Assembly: GCA_963779615.1 (NCBI GenBank)
Contig: CAVZZA010000005.1
Coordinates: forward strand, 1-64,000
Direction of reading: 5' to 3'
Origin: an uncultured Nitrososphaeraceae archaeon
Lineage (GTDB): Archaea; Thermoproteota; Nitrososphaeria; Nitrososphaerales; Nitrososphaeraceae
DNA: 64,000 nucleotides
Shown here: piece by piece, positions 1 to 12,004 of the stretch
Position numbering within the stretch: position 1 is the first letter of the stretch
Layout: each line of letters opens with the position of its first letter
Position numbers and translations under genes: made by a program
The notes under the pieces: generated by a model
Told to the model about the DNA's origin: nothing
The model's input: only the letters and a program-made list of their open reading frames with translations
Database searches by the model: none

Positions 1-330
1 CAAATAAATCATAGGAAAATTTTTTCCTTCATCTTTATGGACGTTGCAATTTAAAAAATGAAATGAATACTGCTAGTGCTAAACACATTGATACCTATGC
101 CTTGTCTTCATTGGAAAATCATTACAAGATAATCCATTTATCTTCACACAATGATCAATTTTTGCGCATTTAAAATAACTTTTATAAAAATCAGTACTTG
201 ATATATGTATGGATTATTATTAATACAAAATAATAAAAGAAATAAATCCCTACGTTGATTACCATCCTGAGGATTATATTAATGAGATAGAATTTGGCAA
301 TGCTAAATTGGAAGGTGTAGGATCAACATA

Positions 331-582
331 ATGAATATTGCCAGAACAGAACAGCAGATCTTTATCGAGGCAAAGACAAGCGGCAATTATAAGAAAAAGA
401 GCATTTCATACCATGTCATGGAATCCTCTCATAGTCTATGTCTAAGCAAGATAGAAATAATATCAGCGCAAATACAAGCATGCGAAAGACTATTAAAATA
501 TGCAATGGATGAAACGGATTTGAGCACTATTGAAAAGGAGATCCTAGAGCTAAAATTTGCCCTGGATCTTATCAATTTTTAA
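331..582 (+). CDS. small hypothetical helical protein
   Basis: 83-aa ATG ORF with a plausible coiled C-terminus (ISAQIQACERLLKY...IEKEILELKFALDLI), followed by a T-run; function unknown. Confidence 0.55.
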   Translation: MNIARTEQQIFIEAKTSGNYKKKSISYHVMESSHSLCLSKIEIISAQIQACERLLKYAMDETDLSTIEKEILELKFALDLINF

Positions 583-954
583 ATAAAAATTTTAATAACG
601 AGAACAAAATTTAAAAACCTGTAAAATTATTGTTGACATAAAAAATAACGATCAATATCCCAAATAATTAATTTTCTTGTGCATAAGAATAAATAAGAAA
701 ACCATATTTGAGTACCACTTTAATACATGAATACCCCAATCAAGTCTTATTCTAGTAAAGCACAATAGAAAATCCATTGTTAGCAAAATTACTCATCACC
801 AGCATTTATTACTATATTTATTAATCAGTTGTTAAAATCATGAACTTTTATTGAAGCAGCAAACAATATATGATTATAAATAATCACTGAATTTCTGTTA
901 TTCATTCCAACTACCGAGATAGACAAATTAACAAAAATACGTCGAATATACTTA

Positions 955-1893
955 GAGATTATCCCAAAATTATCTTTTTATAAATAATGATACAGCAGGA
1001 GAACTATACTAATCCAAGATAGTTTTCCATCTTCTTTTCATATCTTGTGAATATCTTTCTAAACCTGTTGTGCCATGAATTGGTTCTCTCCAAAACCCAT
1101 CTTCCTGCAGGGTATTTTTTGCGATTTGAGGTTTTTTCTTCTCCCTTCTTGACCTCTCTTTTTCTTCTCCTGTACGGTAAATGTATTACATATCCTCGTT
1201 TTTCAATTGCTTGTCCTTCGGGCTTGGACTATATGCTTTATCAAGACACAGGTGTTGCAGTTTTCTTTTTCTGCCTGTCCTTTGTTTTTAGGCATGGAAT
1301 GCGTCTTTTAGCAACTGCACTATCCACCACATCTATTACTAGTTTAACATCATGCATACTTGCGTAAGAGATGACAACCGAGAGCGGGATACCTTCCTTT
1401 TCAGTTAAAATGTGCCTTTTTGTGCCCAGATTGCTTCTGTCAGTAGGATTAATACCGGTCATTCCCCCCCCCAATGGCGACTCTATCGATATGCTATCAA
1501 GTGATTGCCAGGTTCACTTGATACCAATTAGGTTATCATAAGTTTTGAGCAGCCTTATCCATATTTTCCTAAAAATGTCAAGATTGATCCACTCCTGAAA
1601 TCGCCTTTGGCATGTTGAACCGGATCCACATCCAGAAGACAGCATCTTCCATTGGCATCCAGTTCTTAGGATGTATAGGACACCATCAAGTACTTTTCTG
1701 AAAGGTACAATTGGTCGGCCATTGTTTTAGATGGTTTCTCTTTGGGCAAAACGATTCTAATCTTTTTCCATAATTCATCTGGAATATTGAGTATGGTGCA
1801 ATTATCCCTTTTATCGCCCTTCTTCCGGCTACAGGCCACAGTTTAGCAGTGATGACAACAAGCTATGTTTCTATCGAATTTTGGGATAAGCTC
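955..1893 (-). mobile_element. IS5-family element (IS427/IS1031-like), degenerate transposase
   Basis: Terminal inverted repeats GAGATTATCCCAAAATT (955-971) and AATTTTGGGATAAGCTC (1877-1893), 1 mismatch; flanked by a TTA/TTA duplication (952-954, 1894-1896). Transposase motifs ILRTGCQW and NPTDRSNLGTKRHILT; internal stops. Confidence 0.9.
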
Positions 1894-1970
1894 TTAATTA
1901 TGATTTGCATATCTAAAAGAAAAGATATGCCTATTGGGTTTATTTACGATTTACCCTCTTTTTTAGTTAC

Positions 1971-2390
1971 TCAGGTGGTAAATGACAAATAAATGATTGT
2001 CATTACGCTTAAAATAATTATGACTGTTGAAACGACATAGAGGAGAATGGGATTTGATTGGTAACTTCCCGTCTTTATTGCTTTATCTGTTTGGATGTAG
2101 TTTTTTAATGCAAAAACTATAAGCACAATTGCCAACAATACCATACCAGTGCCTAAAATAGACATATAGTCTGTCATTGTCTTAGATGAGGGAAGAGACG
2201 TATTGACAGCGTTACTGTCCGCTGCGTTTTGAATTATGATTTTGAATTCGGCTATAAAAAGGCTAAATTTTGCAATGATGAAACCCAGTCCAATAAGCGA
2301 TATGGATGTCCTTATCCATGCTAGAAAAGTTCTCTCGTTGGCCAAATATTGTTGTGGATGATCCTGATTCGGTCCTTTGTCTTTAGACAT
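1971..2390 (-). CDS. YidH/DUF202 family membrane protein
   Basis: LANERTFLAWIRTS signature and three hydrophobic segments. Confidence 0.9.
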   Translation of the reverse strand: MSKDKGPNQDHPQQYLANERTFLAWIRTSISLIGLGFIIAKFSLFIAEFKIIIQNAADSNAVNTSLPSSKTMTDYMSILGTGMVLLAIVLIVFALKNYIQTDKAIKTGSYQSNPILLYVVSTVIIILSVMTIIYLSFTT

Positions 2391-2787
2391 TTAACTATCC
2401 ACCATGCAATATAGTGTAAGTTAACATTTTCTTATAAAGTATATTCATATGTGATATCCAGCATAATGCATTTGCTTTGTATTGGAAATCACAGAATAAA
2501 ATAGAATTAATTCTATAGCACTACTGTTCACTATGATTTGTAACGATTTCATAGTTGAAAAAGTTTGGTCAAAAAATAATCCGGATCCATCACCAATAAG
2601 TATTCTTCAAAATAAAGCGGGATAATAATTTTGCAGATTCATTTAACTCATCAAATGGCATGCATACACATTCAAAGCAATAGAAAGCCTGATAATTTAA
2701 CAATTTCCATTTTTTTGGAAATTAAAATTGTTAGTGGTTAAAAGAAAAATAGCAGGCATTAATTAAAAAAAATTTAGTGGTGTATTT

Positions 2788-3669
2788 TCATTTTTCTATA
2801 GGATTTCCAATCAAATTGCCCCATTCTGTCCATGAACCATCATAGTTCTTTACGTCAGGATATCCTAAAAGGTATTTTAATACAAACCATGAGTGAGATG
2901 ATCTTTCACCTATGCGGCAATAAGTAATAACTTCATTTTCTGGCAATATGCCATGTGCTTCGTATAGTTTTGTTAACTCATCTACAGATTTGAAAGTACC
3001 GTCTTCATTCAAAGTTTGGGCCCATTGAATATTTTTTGCTCCAGGGATGTGTCCAGATCTTTGTGCATGCTCCGTGGGATATTCAGGTGGCGCGGTTATC
3101 TTTCCGGTGTATTCATCAGGACTTCTAACATCGACTAATCGGATTTGAAATTTCCTCCTGGTAACCAGTGCATTTTTAATGTCGTTTAGAAATACCCTGA
3201 TATTACTATCCGGTTCAGTTGATTCTTCGATTTTATACGCTCCCTTAGCATATTTTGGAATATCCTTTGTAATTGCTCGATCTTCCTCGAGCCATTTTTT
3301 CCTTCCCCCATTTAAAAGTCTCACATTTTCATATCCATAGTATTTGAAGACCCAAAATGCAAATGCTGCAAACCAGTTGTTGAAATCTCCATACAGAACT
3401 AAGGTAATTGCATTATTATCGATTCCAATTCGTTGAAGAAGTTCCTGATACTTATCCAGTGGCAAAATGTCCCTCGTTAAATCGTGATTTATATCCCTTT
3501 TCCAATCAATAAGAACTGAATTTGGGATATGTCCTATGTCATAATTTGACTGTGAATCATAATCTACCTCTGCAATTTTAACATTGGGATGATTAAGATG
3601 ATCTTCTATCCATTATGTGTCGACCAATACTTCTGGGTGGGCATATTCGGTTTTTGTTATTTGAGCCAT
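2788..3669 (-). pseudogene. tandem-domain rhodanese/thiosulfate sulfurtransferase with an in-frame TAA at codon 19
   Basis: From ATG 3669 it reads MAQITKTEYAHPEVLVDT*WIEDHL...GHIPNS..., in frame with ORF 2788-3465; YCRIGERS active site and YDGSWTEW tail; TAA at 3613-3615. Confidence 0.85.
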
Positions 3670-3880
3670 ATGAATAGTAAATCACAGATGCAATATCTTT
3701 GCACTGCTTTACGTAGTTTAATGCATAAATATGCAATTTGAGCACTTAAATTAGTTAATAATATTTTCAAAAATGTTTTTGATGTAAATAACATTTTTAA
3801 TAGATGCCAAATCAACCTATTACCAATCCTATTGTCATATACAGATTTTGTTATATTGCTAGTTATCCATATGGGTAATA

Positions 3881-4207
3881 ATGTCTTCAGTAAACAACAC
3901 GGTGTTAAAACCTAAATCAAAAAAGAGCAAACAAATTCAAAAGAATAAAGTCACACAAGACGATAAAAAAACGCAACACACAAAACTAACTTCAATGTCG
4001 CATTCAAACCAAGGTGCGGATATATGGAAATACATTATATCTTGCCGATCTAGTTTTTGGGGCACCCCCTTTGTTAATTACAATAGAAGCAAAACTAAAA
4101 ATAATAATCTACAAGCGGTCTGCCCATCATGTGCTAGCAAAAATATCGGATATTTATCGATATCCGATAATAGATTATTTAATTATATTAGTAACAATAT
4201 AAATTAA
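3881..4207 (+). CDS. hypothetical protein, possible degenerate zinc ribbon
   Basis: 108-aa ATG ORF with CRSSFW...CPSC. Confidence 0.4.
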   Translation: MSSVNNTVLKPKSKKSKQIQKNKVTQDDKKTQHTKLTSMSHSNQGADIWKYIISCRSSFWGTPFVNYNRSKTKNNNLQAVCPSCASKNIGYLSISDNRLFNYISNNIN

Positions 4208-4319
4208 TTATTTTTGGATCACTACAATAAATCAATTTATTCACAAAATTGACTATTCTGCTTTTGTACTTCAATTTTGATATACCAATTAACATACTAC
4301 ATAAACCACAAGTGTTCAT

Positions 4320-5396
4320 TGTCCTATTTTTCTCCAAATGTTCATAGATGTGATGATCCTTTCCCCCATTTTGCATGGTGTTTGACTATTGCCAGGACAG
4401 CGTTTGAAAGGGTTTACAGCGCTCAAAAGGATGTAAGGGTAAAGGAATGGATGCTGCTTGTACTCAACGTTGCGTTTTACGGGAGGTTGCAGCCAATGTG
4501 GTCAGAGAGATTCACAAAGTTAAGGTTGAGCATGCCAATGGTTAAAGAGATGCAAGAAGAAGGATTGGCGGACAGACCAAAAGGCGGGAGACATCCACAG
4601 GTATCCAGACAAGCAGTATACCGGACAAAAACTATTTTGTAGGAAAGAAACCATCAGGGCTGGAAAACAAAGAAGCAGGTTGAAGGGATGACCATGCAGG
4701 AGGGTGGAGCAAGGTGTCACCATAATTACATTTACCGCATACTTCGCAGGCGGGGCTTTAGACAGAAGGTGCCAGTAAAAGTACATGTTAACACAGCAAC
4801 CATAAAAAAAATGATTTCAAAAAAAGGCCTCTTGGATGCTTGTGGAAGATGATACCAAAAGAAAGGTTTTGCCCTTGTGTTTTTAGATGAGTACTTCCTT
4901 TTTTATGATGCACTAGTAAGAAGGGTTTGGACAGATGAGAAGAAAAGTCCGTTAGTAGGGCAACAGGTTCCTGCAAACATTCATGTCTGTTTGGGACCAC
5001 AAGTTCGGCCTGCAAGCAGATCTTCAGAAAGCACGATTGGTTTCAATGGAGATGATACCTTCCTTGACTTTTTAGACAATTCATTCACGGTTTCCAAAAT
5101 GCTGTCTTTTCATGGACAAGGAGTCACCACACTGCAGGTCAAGAAAGGTAAATGGTACCTGGAACAAAAAAGGTGTCCTATCCCCAGCGTATCTTCCAAC
5201 AGCGTCCCCTGAGTTTATGACACTGGAAGGAATGTGGAACATTGCCAAACAAGACATGCTTGTGCTAAAGTACTGCCCATCATTTGAAGATTTTAAGGAA
5301 AAGATATCAACATATCTAATGACAAAAAGATTCAATCTCGATATGATAAACTACTTACTATAAGCGGATTTTGGAGAACCTATGCCAATTGCTATA
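4320..5396 (+). mobile_element. IS630-family transposase remnant (multiple frameshifts); ends approximate
   Basis: Fragments GLADRPKGGR (HTH), IYRILRRRGFRQKVP, VFLDE..F.YDALVRRVW (first D of the DDE motif) and YLPTASPEFMTLEGMWNIAK across different frames. Confidence 0.75.
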
Positions 5397-6284
5397 ATTG
5401 TGTGTTAACAGAGAATGATGGATAAATATTCTCAACATTCTTTTGATTAATGTTTATTCAACAAAGGTAATTAAATATTTCGTCACATCAAATATTGAAA
5501 CTGAACTGATAACACTTGAAAATTTGTTAGTTTTCATCTCCGCCAATTAAGTTTGAGTATGAATGTCTTTGTTGTTTATGGTGGAGAAATTCAAAGCACC
5601 CTTTTGCCCTTTACCAACTAACTGAAATGTAAACACGATTAAAGAGTTATCAGGAACCTCAAAATCACTCCTTCCATTAAAGTAAAACCTTTATCGTATG
5701 ATGCAATAATTTGATTCTGTTAAAAGGTATTGATTGAATCTCAGAACCCAAACAAAAGTTCAGTTACCAAACAAAATAAATAATATACAATACTGTAAAA
5801 TATTGGAAAGAGAAAAATAAGAAACGCCGGCCGTTAAGGCATCATTCAGCCAAATGTCCCCTAGACAAGGAATTATATGACAAAAACGATTAAACTTGAT
5901 GGTAACTGTACCATACTTGAATCATAATTTTAATAATTTTTACTTAATTCTTGTATTATTATGGTCTTTTTCTCGATATATAACCAATTGCCAACTTACT
6001 TGGCATATATTCATAAATGATTCTACATTTTTGATCAAAACCAGTCCCTTGTATAGCAGTTGCTTGAGTATACCCTATGCCATCGCTTTATTTTGCAGCA
6101 CCGTTATTAATGCAATAGCTGCCGACAAGCCGAGTGAAAATTTCTTTGCAAATTAAGTTATCTCATTAAATCTAATTTATCTATCACAATTTGATATTAG
6201 GTGTTTGTACAACCTTTTTGTCTTACAATAACAAAAAAAAAGTGGTTGTTTTTGTGTGTTATTTGTTTTGTTGTTTACCTTGAC

Positions 6285-6461
6285 CTAGTCGTTTTTGTGT
6301 GATGCTTTTCCGCCTTCACGGGCCACTCTTTCTTTTGTCTCTTCGTCAGCGGCCTGCAATCCTCTTTTGTCATGAGGAGCTTCTCCTCCTTGCTTGGCTA
6401 CTTTTTCTTTTGTTTTTTCATCAGCAGATGCTAATCCTCTGTTGTCATTATTTGAAACCAT
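6285..6461 (-). CDS. KGG-repeat general stress protein (YciG/GsiB/Con-10-like), 58 aa
   Basis: Manual translation MVSNNDNRGLASADEKTKEKVAKQGGEAPHDKRGLQAADEETKERVAREGGKASHKND*, two RGL..AD..T...VA..GG repeats; below the ORF-track length cutoff. Confidence 0.85.
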   Translation of the reverse strand: MVSNNDNRGLASADEKTKEKVAKQGGEAPHDKRGLQAADEETKERVAREGGKASHKND

Positions 6462-6822
6462 GGTTTTTGTTAGTGATTAACATAATATTTAAAAGATGAA
6501 GCTTATCTTTATTAGCTAATTGTCATTTTTTTTGACCAAAAAAAAGGATATACATGGTTAATTTTAAAAGATATCGTTAGTGTTTCATTTCAGGGAATTT
6601 TGAATAACGTCATAGAAAAAAAGCGAAAGAAAAGAGTAAGGTGAAACATGGCTGTAAAGTTATTCATTCTAATTGCAAGAGATTTATAGCATGAATTCCT
6701 AATGATAATCATGAATAAAATGTATACCCTTGTAACGGTTAGAAGGTTCTTTTCCAATACATAATAATAATTTCAATAACATTGACCCAGATACTGATGG
6801 GTGTCAAAATACAATCCCTGGT

Positions 6823-8923
6823 GTGAACTCAGGCTTTTTAAACAGCAGTGGTTTTTACGGGGACAATAATGATGACGATGGCAGCATACCAACCACAAAG
6901 GTGTATTATGGCCCTCAAAAAGCAGACAGCGCAATCTTAAGGTTCATAGACGGGGCCAAAGTGAAAATAGACTCCTGCCTAAACTCTGTGGCCCCATCCG
7001 TAATCGTCGAGGTTGACGCCATAATGGAGAGAAGGGTTGACGCGGTCAAAAACAGGGGACTCAAGCTCCGATATGTAATCGACATCACAAAGGACAATCT
7101 GGACTATGTCAAGCAGATGCTCACGTTTTCTGAGATTCGGCATTTGGATGGCATGAAGGGAAACTTTGAGGTTGCAGACCAGAGGGAATACGTCGCCGTT
7201 GCCACTCTGCAAGAGGCACAGCCAATACCCCAGCTTCTGTTCAGCAACCTGCCTGAGATTGTTGAGCAGCAGCAGTTTGTGTTTGACAGCTTTTGGAGCA
7301 GGGCAATCCCTGCGGAGCACCGAATAAAGGAGATAGAGGATGGGATTGCCGTGCCCGTCTCAATAGTTTTCTCGGACTTCAAGGACGCAGTCCAAAAGGA
7401 GTTTGAGATGATAAGAAGGGCCAAAAGGGAAATACAGATAATGTACTCCACGGTAAACGCGTTTCACCTGCAGGAGAAAGGCGGCACCCTCCAGCTTTTG
7501 CAGGAAATGGTGGATCGCAACGATGGCCTGAAAATCAGCATCCTCACGCCGATAGACGCCTCGATAAGGGGGTCGCCGTCCCTGAAGCTGCTGACAAAGT
7601 ACAGGCACAACATCCAAATCCAGGACATTGCGCCAAGCATTGGCATCAAGGTAAAGACCCTGGTTGTGGACAGAAAGGAGTCACTGGTGATGGAGCTGAT
7701 ACACACAAGGGAGGAGGTGGCAACAGCCGCAATTGGCTTTTCAATCTACTCCAACAGCGAACCCACGGTTTTATCGTACTCGTCCATTTTTGAGGTCCTG
7801 TATGACCAGAGTGTCCTGTTCCAGCAGCTTGACCAAAACGACAAAATCAAGAGCGAGTTCATAAACGTGGCTGCGCACGAGTTGCGCACACCAATCATGC
7901 CCATCCTAAACGGTGTGGAGATACTGGAGGAGAAGCTTGGTGAAAGAGTTAATGAGTTTAAGCGGGAGCTTGACATGATAACAAGAAACGCGTCCCGGTT
8001 GCAGAACCTGGCCGAAAGCATTCTGCAGGTAAGCAGAATCGAGAGCGGGAGCTTCAGCCTTGACATCCAAAAACACGTGGATTTCCACAACCTGGTTTCC
8101 CAGGTCATAGAGGACGTTGAAAAAAAGTACGCCTACAAGGAGAAGGCAAACAGGGTGTCGATACTGTTTTTGCCGTTTGATGACCGCGGGAACAGCGGCG
8201 GCAGCGGAGCGGTGCAGAGGCAGAGGCAGAAACAAAAGCAGCGGATACAAAGCAAGCGCAAAAAAAACAAGAGCCGCAGCAACCGCATGAGCAACCCATA
8301 AAAAATGGCCCGAATCACCTTCTGTACGTCGACTGCGACTCGCAAAAAATAAGCCAGGTGGTTTTCAACCTGCTGGACAACGCAATGAAGTTTACCACAG
8401 ACGGCAAGATTCTTGTTTCCACGGCAATGACTGGTGGGTCTCCTACTTCTTCCCCTCCATTTCTAGGGAAGGATATCCCAAACACTGATGCAACCGATGG
8501 CTGTAGTGGGGTATAGCAAGTGGCAATGACAGTGATGGGGGTGGTGATGGCGAAAATGGCGGCAGTCATGTTGATGGGCAGAAAAAAGACGCGGTGTTAG
8601 TAACAGTTCAGGACACCGGCGTGGGGATCAACTCCAAAATAAAAGACCAACTGTTTGAGAAATTTGTCACAAGATCAACCCAGGGCACTGGCCTTGGGTT
8701 GTACCTGTCAAAGAAAATTGTTGAGGGACATGGCGGAAGGATATGGTTTGAGGAGACAAACGATGATGGCAACAACAGCAAAAACAGGGATGGGGATATG
8801 CATGATATGCTGCCTCAACTTGGCAATGGCAAAAAAATAGGCGCCACATTCAAATTCAGCATACCCAAATCCCTGTCTGGCCCCTACATCAGTAAAAGGC
8901 CTGCCAAAAAAAATGATGAATAA
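6823..8923 (+). pseudogene. soluble sensor histidine kinase, split by two frameshifts
   Basis: H-box EFINVAAHELRTP; N-box QVVFNLLDNAMKFT in a second frame (~8355-8395); G-boxes VQDTGVGI and GTGLGLYLSKKIVEGHGG in a third frame (ORF 8594-8923); shifts near 8208 and 8510. Confidence 0.85.
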
Positions 8924-8939
8924 TAATACAGATGGGTTG

Positions 8940-8985
<46 letters not shown>

Positions 8986-9097
8986 GAGGCAAAACCAGGG
9001 AAACAGACTGAATGGCAAGGCAGAATCTCCATGCTCTAGGATGATGTTACCATAATTAGGCTACCCGGTACCTTCTCCAGGTACATGCGAATATTCT

Positions 9098-9790
9098 GAG
9101 CCTATCCCAAAATTCAATAGAATTATAGCTTGTATACCTATCTAGTGAGATGTGAACTCATCTCCAAAAGCTAATAAAACACAAAAATGATAAACGTACT
9201 ATCACAAATACTCTAGATGAACTCTGGGATGAGACAAGAGATATTTTATCCAAGGAGAAACCATCTAAAACTGTAGACCGTCCAATCGTATCATTTAGAA
9301 AATCAATGGATGGTGTCCTCTACATCCTAAGAACTGGATGCCAGTGGAAATTGTTACCTTCCGAATATGGCTCTGGTTCCACATGCCATAGACGATTCCA
9401 GGAATGGGTTCAATCAAATGTTTTCAAAAGGATGCGGATTAGGTTGCTAAAAGCATATGATGACAAGAAAGGAGTTAAATGGAACTGGCAATCCATTGAC
9501 AGCATATCGATAAAGTCTCCCTTGGGGGGGGGGCTATGACCGGTAGCAATCCCACAGACAGAGGCAAACTGGGCACAAAAAGGCACATTTTAACGGATAA
9601 AAATGGTATACCCCATTCTGTTGTTATATCATCAGCAAACACTCATGACATAAAGCTAGTAACAGATGTAATGGATAATATGATTATCAAGCGATCATCA
9701 CCATCAACGAAATGCAATTCATCTAGAGTTCACCTGTCATGCAGCATCATCTATAGAAAGATAGTTTTGGAATGGGCCATAATCCACTAA
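9098..9790 (+). mobile_element. truncated IS5-family element related to the copy at 955-1893
   Basis: Left IR GAGCCTATCCCAAAATTC at 9098; ORFs MDGVLYILRTGCQW...KSPLGGG and MTGSNPTDRGKLGTKRHILTD joined at a G10 tract (9524-9533); no right IR seen. Confidence 0.85.
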
Positions 9791-9902
9791 TATTGAGATC
9801 CTAGATAACACTAATCGATGTGTCACTAGCACAATCTTCACCTTTTCAATACATAATGCATATTTGAAAGCAGCAATATGTCGATAACTCGTGGTCATAT
9901 TG

Positions 9903-10169
9903 ATGGGTAATAAAAAAACAATTTTAGTATTGGATTAATCTTATCAGTAACAATAATGGGAGCAATGTTTTTTTCATCCATACCAGCATCTGCTTTTTCC
10001 CAAGCAAATACCACAGCAAGTAATGGTAGGTACAAATACAACCGCAACTCCAGGTTCAAATGATGACACATTGTATGCAAGTACAAATACAACTACGGCT
10101 GCAGGTGTAAATGGCAATTGGTCAAATTCCACAACCCCTTCTAATCCAACATTGGATCAAAGTCAATAA
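9903..10169 (+). pseudogene. small secreted Thr/Asn-rich protein, frameshifted
   Basis: Signal-peptide-like IGLILSVTIMGAMFFSSIPASAFSQ followed by NTT/NWS/NST sequons; needs two frameshifts to join. Confidence 0.35.
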
Positions 10170-10171
10170 AC

Positions 10172-10310
10172 TGCTTTGTTGCATGATTTTATTGTAAATC
10201 GTTTTTTGTTAGCGCTTTGGTTATTATGCGAAGAGTAATAGTCATAATTTAATATGGATTACCAGGAAAGTAGCATAGTATTAATGTATTTCGAGTAATG
10301 CAACAAAGCA
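10172..10310. mobile_element. 139-bp MITE with IS903-like termini
   Basis: Ends TGCTTTGTTGCAT(GATT) and ATGCAACAAAGCA match the IRs of the IS at 14144-15149; flanks TCAATAAAC/TCAACAAAC form a 9-bp TSD with 1 mismatch; no coding capacity. Confidence 0.9.
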
Positions 10311-10772
10311 TCAACAAACAATTAAACTAATAAAGATTATTTGCATCATATCCAATTTTTTTGGTAACCCATAACTGACTATATATTTTTAAAAGGATTT
10401 AAAATTTTGATTCGCGGTACTTAACAAGTGTATCAAAAAAAAAATAAAAAAGGCTTCAGTTTTGAAACTGTATTTGTGCATATGCATAGAAAATCACCTT
10501 TTTAAACAAATCAACTTGGATTGACTATTAATAAAATAACATTTGCATCTATTTTGATTAGAAGAATCTAACCAATACCCTACAATAGTAAATAAATAGG
10601 CAAAAGATGGAATCTCTACAATTATAATCGGCAAAGGACATAATTAATTCAAAGATATGATTTGAATACTTTAATAAAAATCGATACTAAACATTATATT
10701 TTTAATTACCGTTTATATTAATTACCCAAATCAATTCACATATAAACAAATTAAAACCCAGGGTTCAGCACG

Positions 10773-11414
10773 CTAGTTTTTAACTTGGGTAAAGTTGGCG
10801 AGTGTCAAATCGATATTGCTTGGGGAAACCTTTTGCAGTTCCCGCAGGTAGATGCTGTACCTTGAGCTAAACCCGTTATTGTTCATGTCAAAATGAACAT
10901 CCACGTTGTTTGGCTCTGACATCAGCGCAAGGTACGTAAGCAGCTTCCTGACGTCCCTGTCGTTGGTGTGTTCGGGCTCGTTGACTATGATTGACAGCAG
11001 CAAAACCAGCCTTCGCCTAAGCCCAAGGATGTAAAAGGAGTGTGTAAGGTATAGCTTGGCGTCTATGTAGTCACCGGCCAGTGCGGATAGGCTGAAGTCA
11101 AACAGCAGGTTCTTTAGCGGCAGTCCCGAACCACTGGCCTGCAACTGCCTGTAGCGTCGGGGGCTTTCCACCATCTCCTCGACTGCGGCATCCTTCAGAA
11201 ACTTGTTCAGTAGTTTGACAACATCCCTTAAGCTTATTGTGTTTTTGCCCATATCCAGCACACCCAGCCTTGCGGCAATTCCGTCCAGGTCCTCAAAATG
11301 AAACTGCGTGTCGATATCCGTGTTGCCCGTAAGCCTGCCAATGCCCTCGGCATGGGTTTCAACAGGAATGTACTCCACAAGCCTCTCAATTTCTTTAAAT
11401 ATCCCAAACGTCAT
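10773..11414 (-). CDS. hypothetical protein (visibly GC-rich gene)
   Basis: Long open frame from ATG 11414 with GC-rich codon usage; no family recognised. Confidence 0.7.
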   Translation of the reverse strand: MTFGIFKEIERLVEYIPVETHAEGIGRLTGNTDIDTQFHFEDLDGIAARLGVLDMGKNTISLRDVVKLLNKFLKDAAVEEMVESPRRYRQLQASGSGLPLKNLLFDFSLSALAGDYIDAKLYLTHSFYILGLRRRLVLLLSIIVNEPEHTNDRDVRKLLTYLALMSEPNNVDVHFDMNNNGFSSRYSIYLRELQKVSPSNIDLTLANFTQVKN

Positions 11415-12004
11415 TTGACAGTTAATCAACTATAGTGCATTGGTATTGGTTATTATGGTATTGATATGCGCAAAACAATGCGTGTAATGCGCACATATCT
11501 CCCAGGTGCCATGCTTTTTGTTTGATTCTTCATCCATCATAACAAGTCTCAAAAGCAGAAATAGGTTTGGTCTTGCAGTGCGTCTTGTTTGGTAAAAGTA
11601 TCAATAACTGCAGCAAAACAAGAATATGCAACATGGTAGTCTAGTTTGATTTGATCTTTAATATTTTAGACTTTGTTAGTTTGATGGAAAAAATTAACAT
11701 GTTTAAAATGTTATAACCCCCCATGAACTTGAAGAAGAAGAAGAACACTCCCTTCGGGAATATATTGGATATTGTTGCCTTCCTGTCGGGATTGTTTCGT
11801 ATAGCCATAAATGTTATCCAATACAATAAACCGGCATTTGTTTGAAAGCTGAAAAAAAATTGTCGTCAATTCAATAGTTTATATGGCAATAATACAATCC
11901 ATTATTAAATTAGGTTATTGTGACTGTAAAATGCTATTTTTGCTGGAATCATTTGAAATCCAAGTTATAAAGGCGATTAGACACTATTAATAACGAGTCA
12001 GTGC

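Noticed and set aside
3613-3615. Stop-codon readthrough (Sec/Pyl) in the rhodanese
   Set aside because: The codon is TAA rather than TGA or TAG, and it is at a non-catalytic position.
3688-3737. TGC...GCA palindromes upstream of the rhodanese as members of the N7 operator family
   Set aside because: Spacers are 8-9 nt rather than 7; insufficient support without a PWM or conservation data.
6299-6499. ORF-track 66-aa plus-strand Leu-rich ORF
   Set aside because: It is the antisense shadow of the KGG-repeat gene.
6915-8569. Many antisense ORFs within the histidine kinase and other long genes
   Set aside because: Shadow ORFs opposite well-supported genes.
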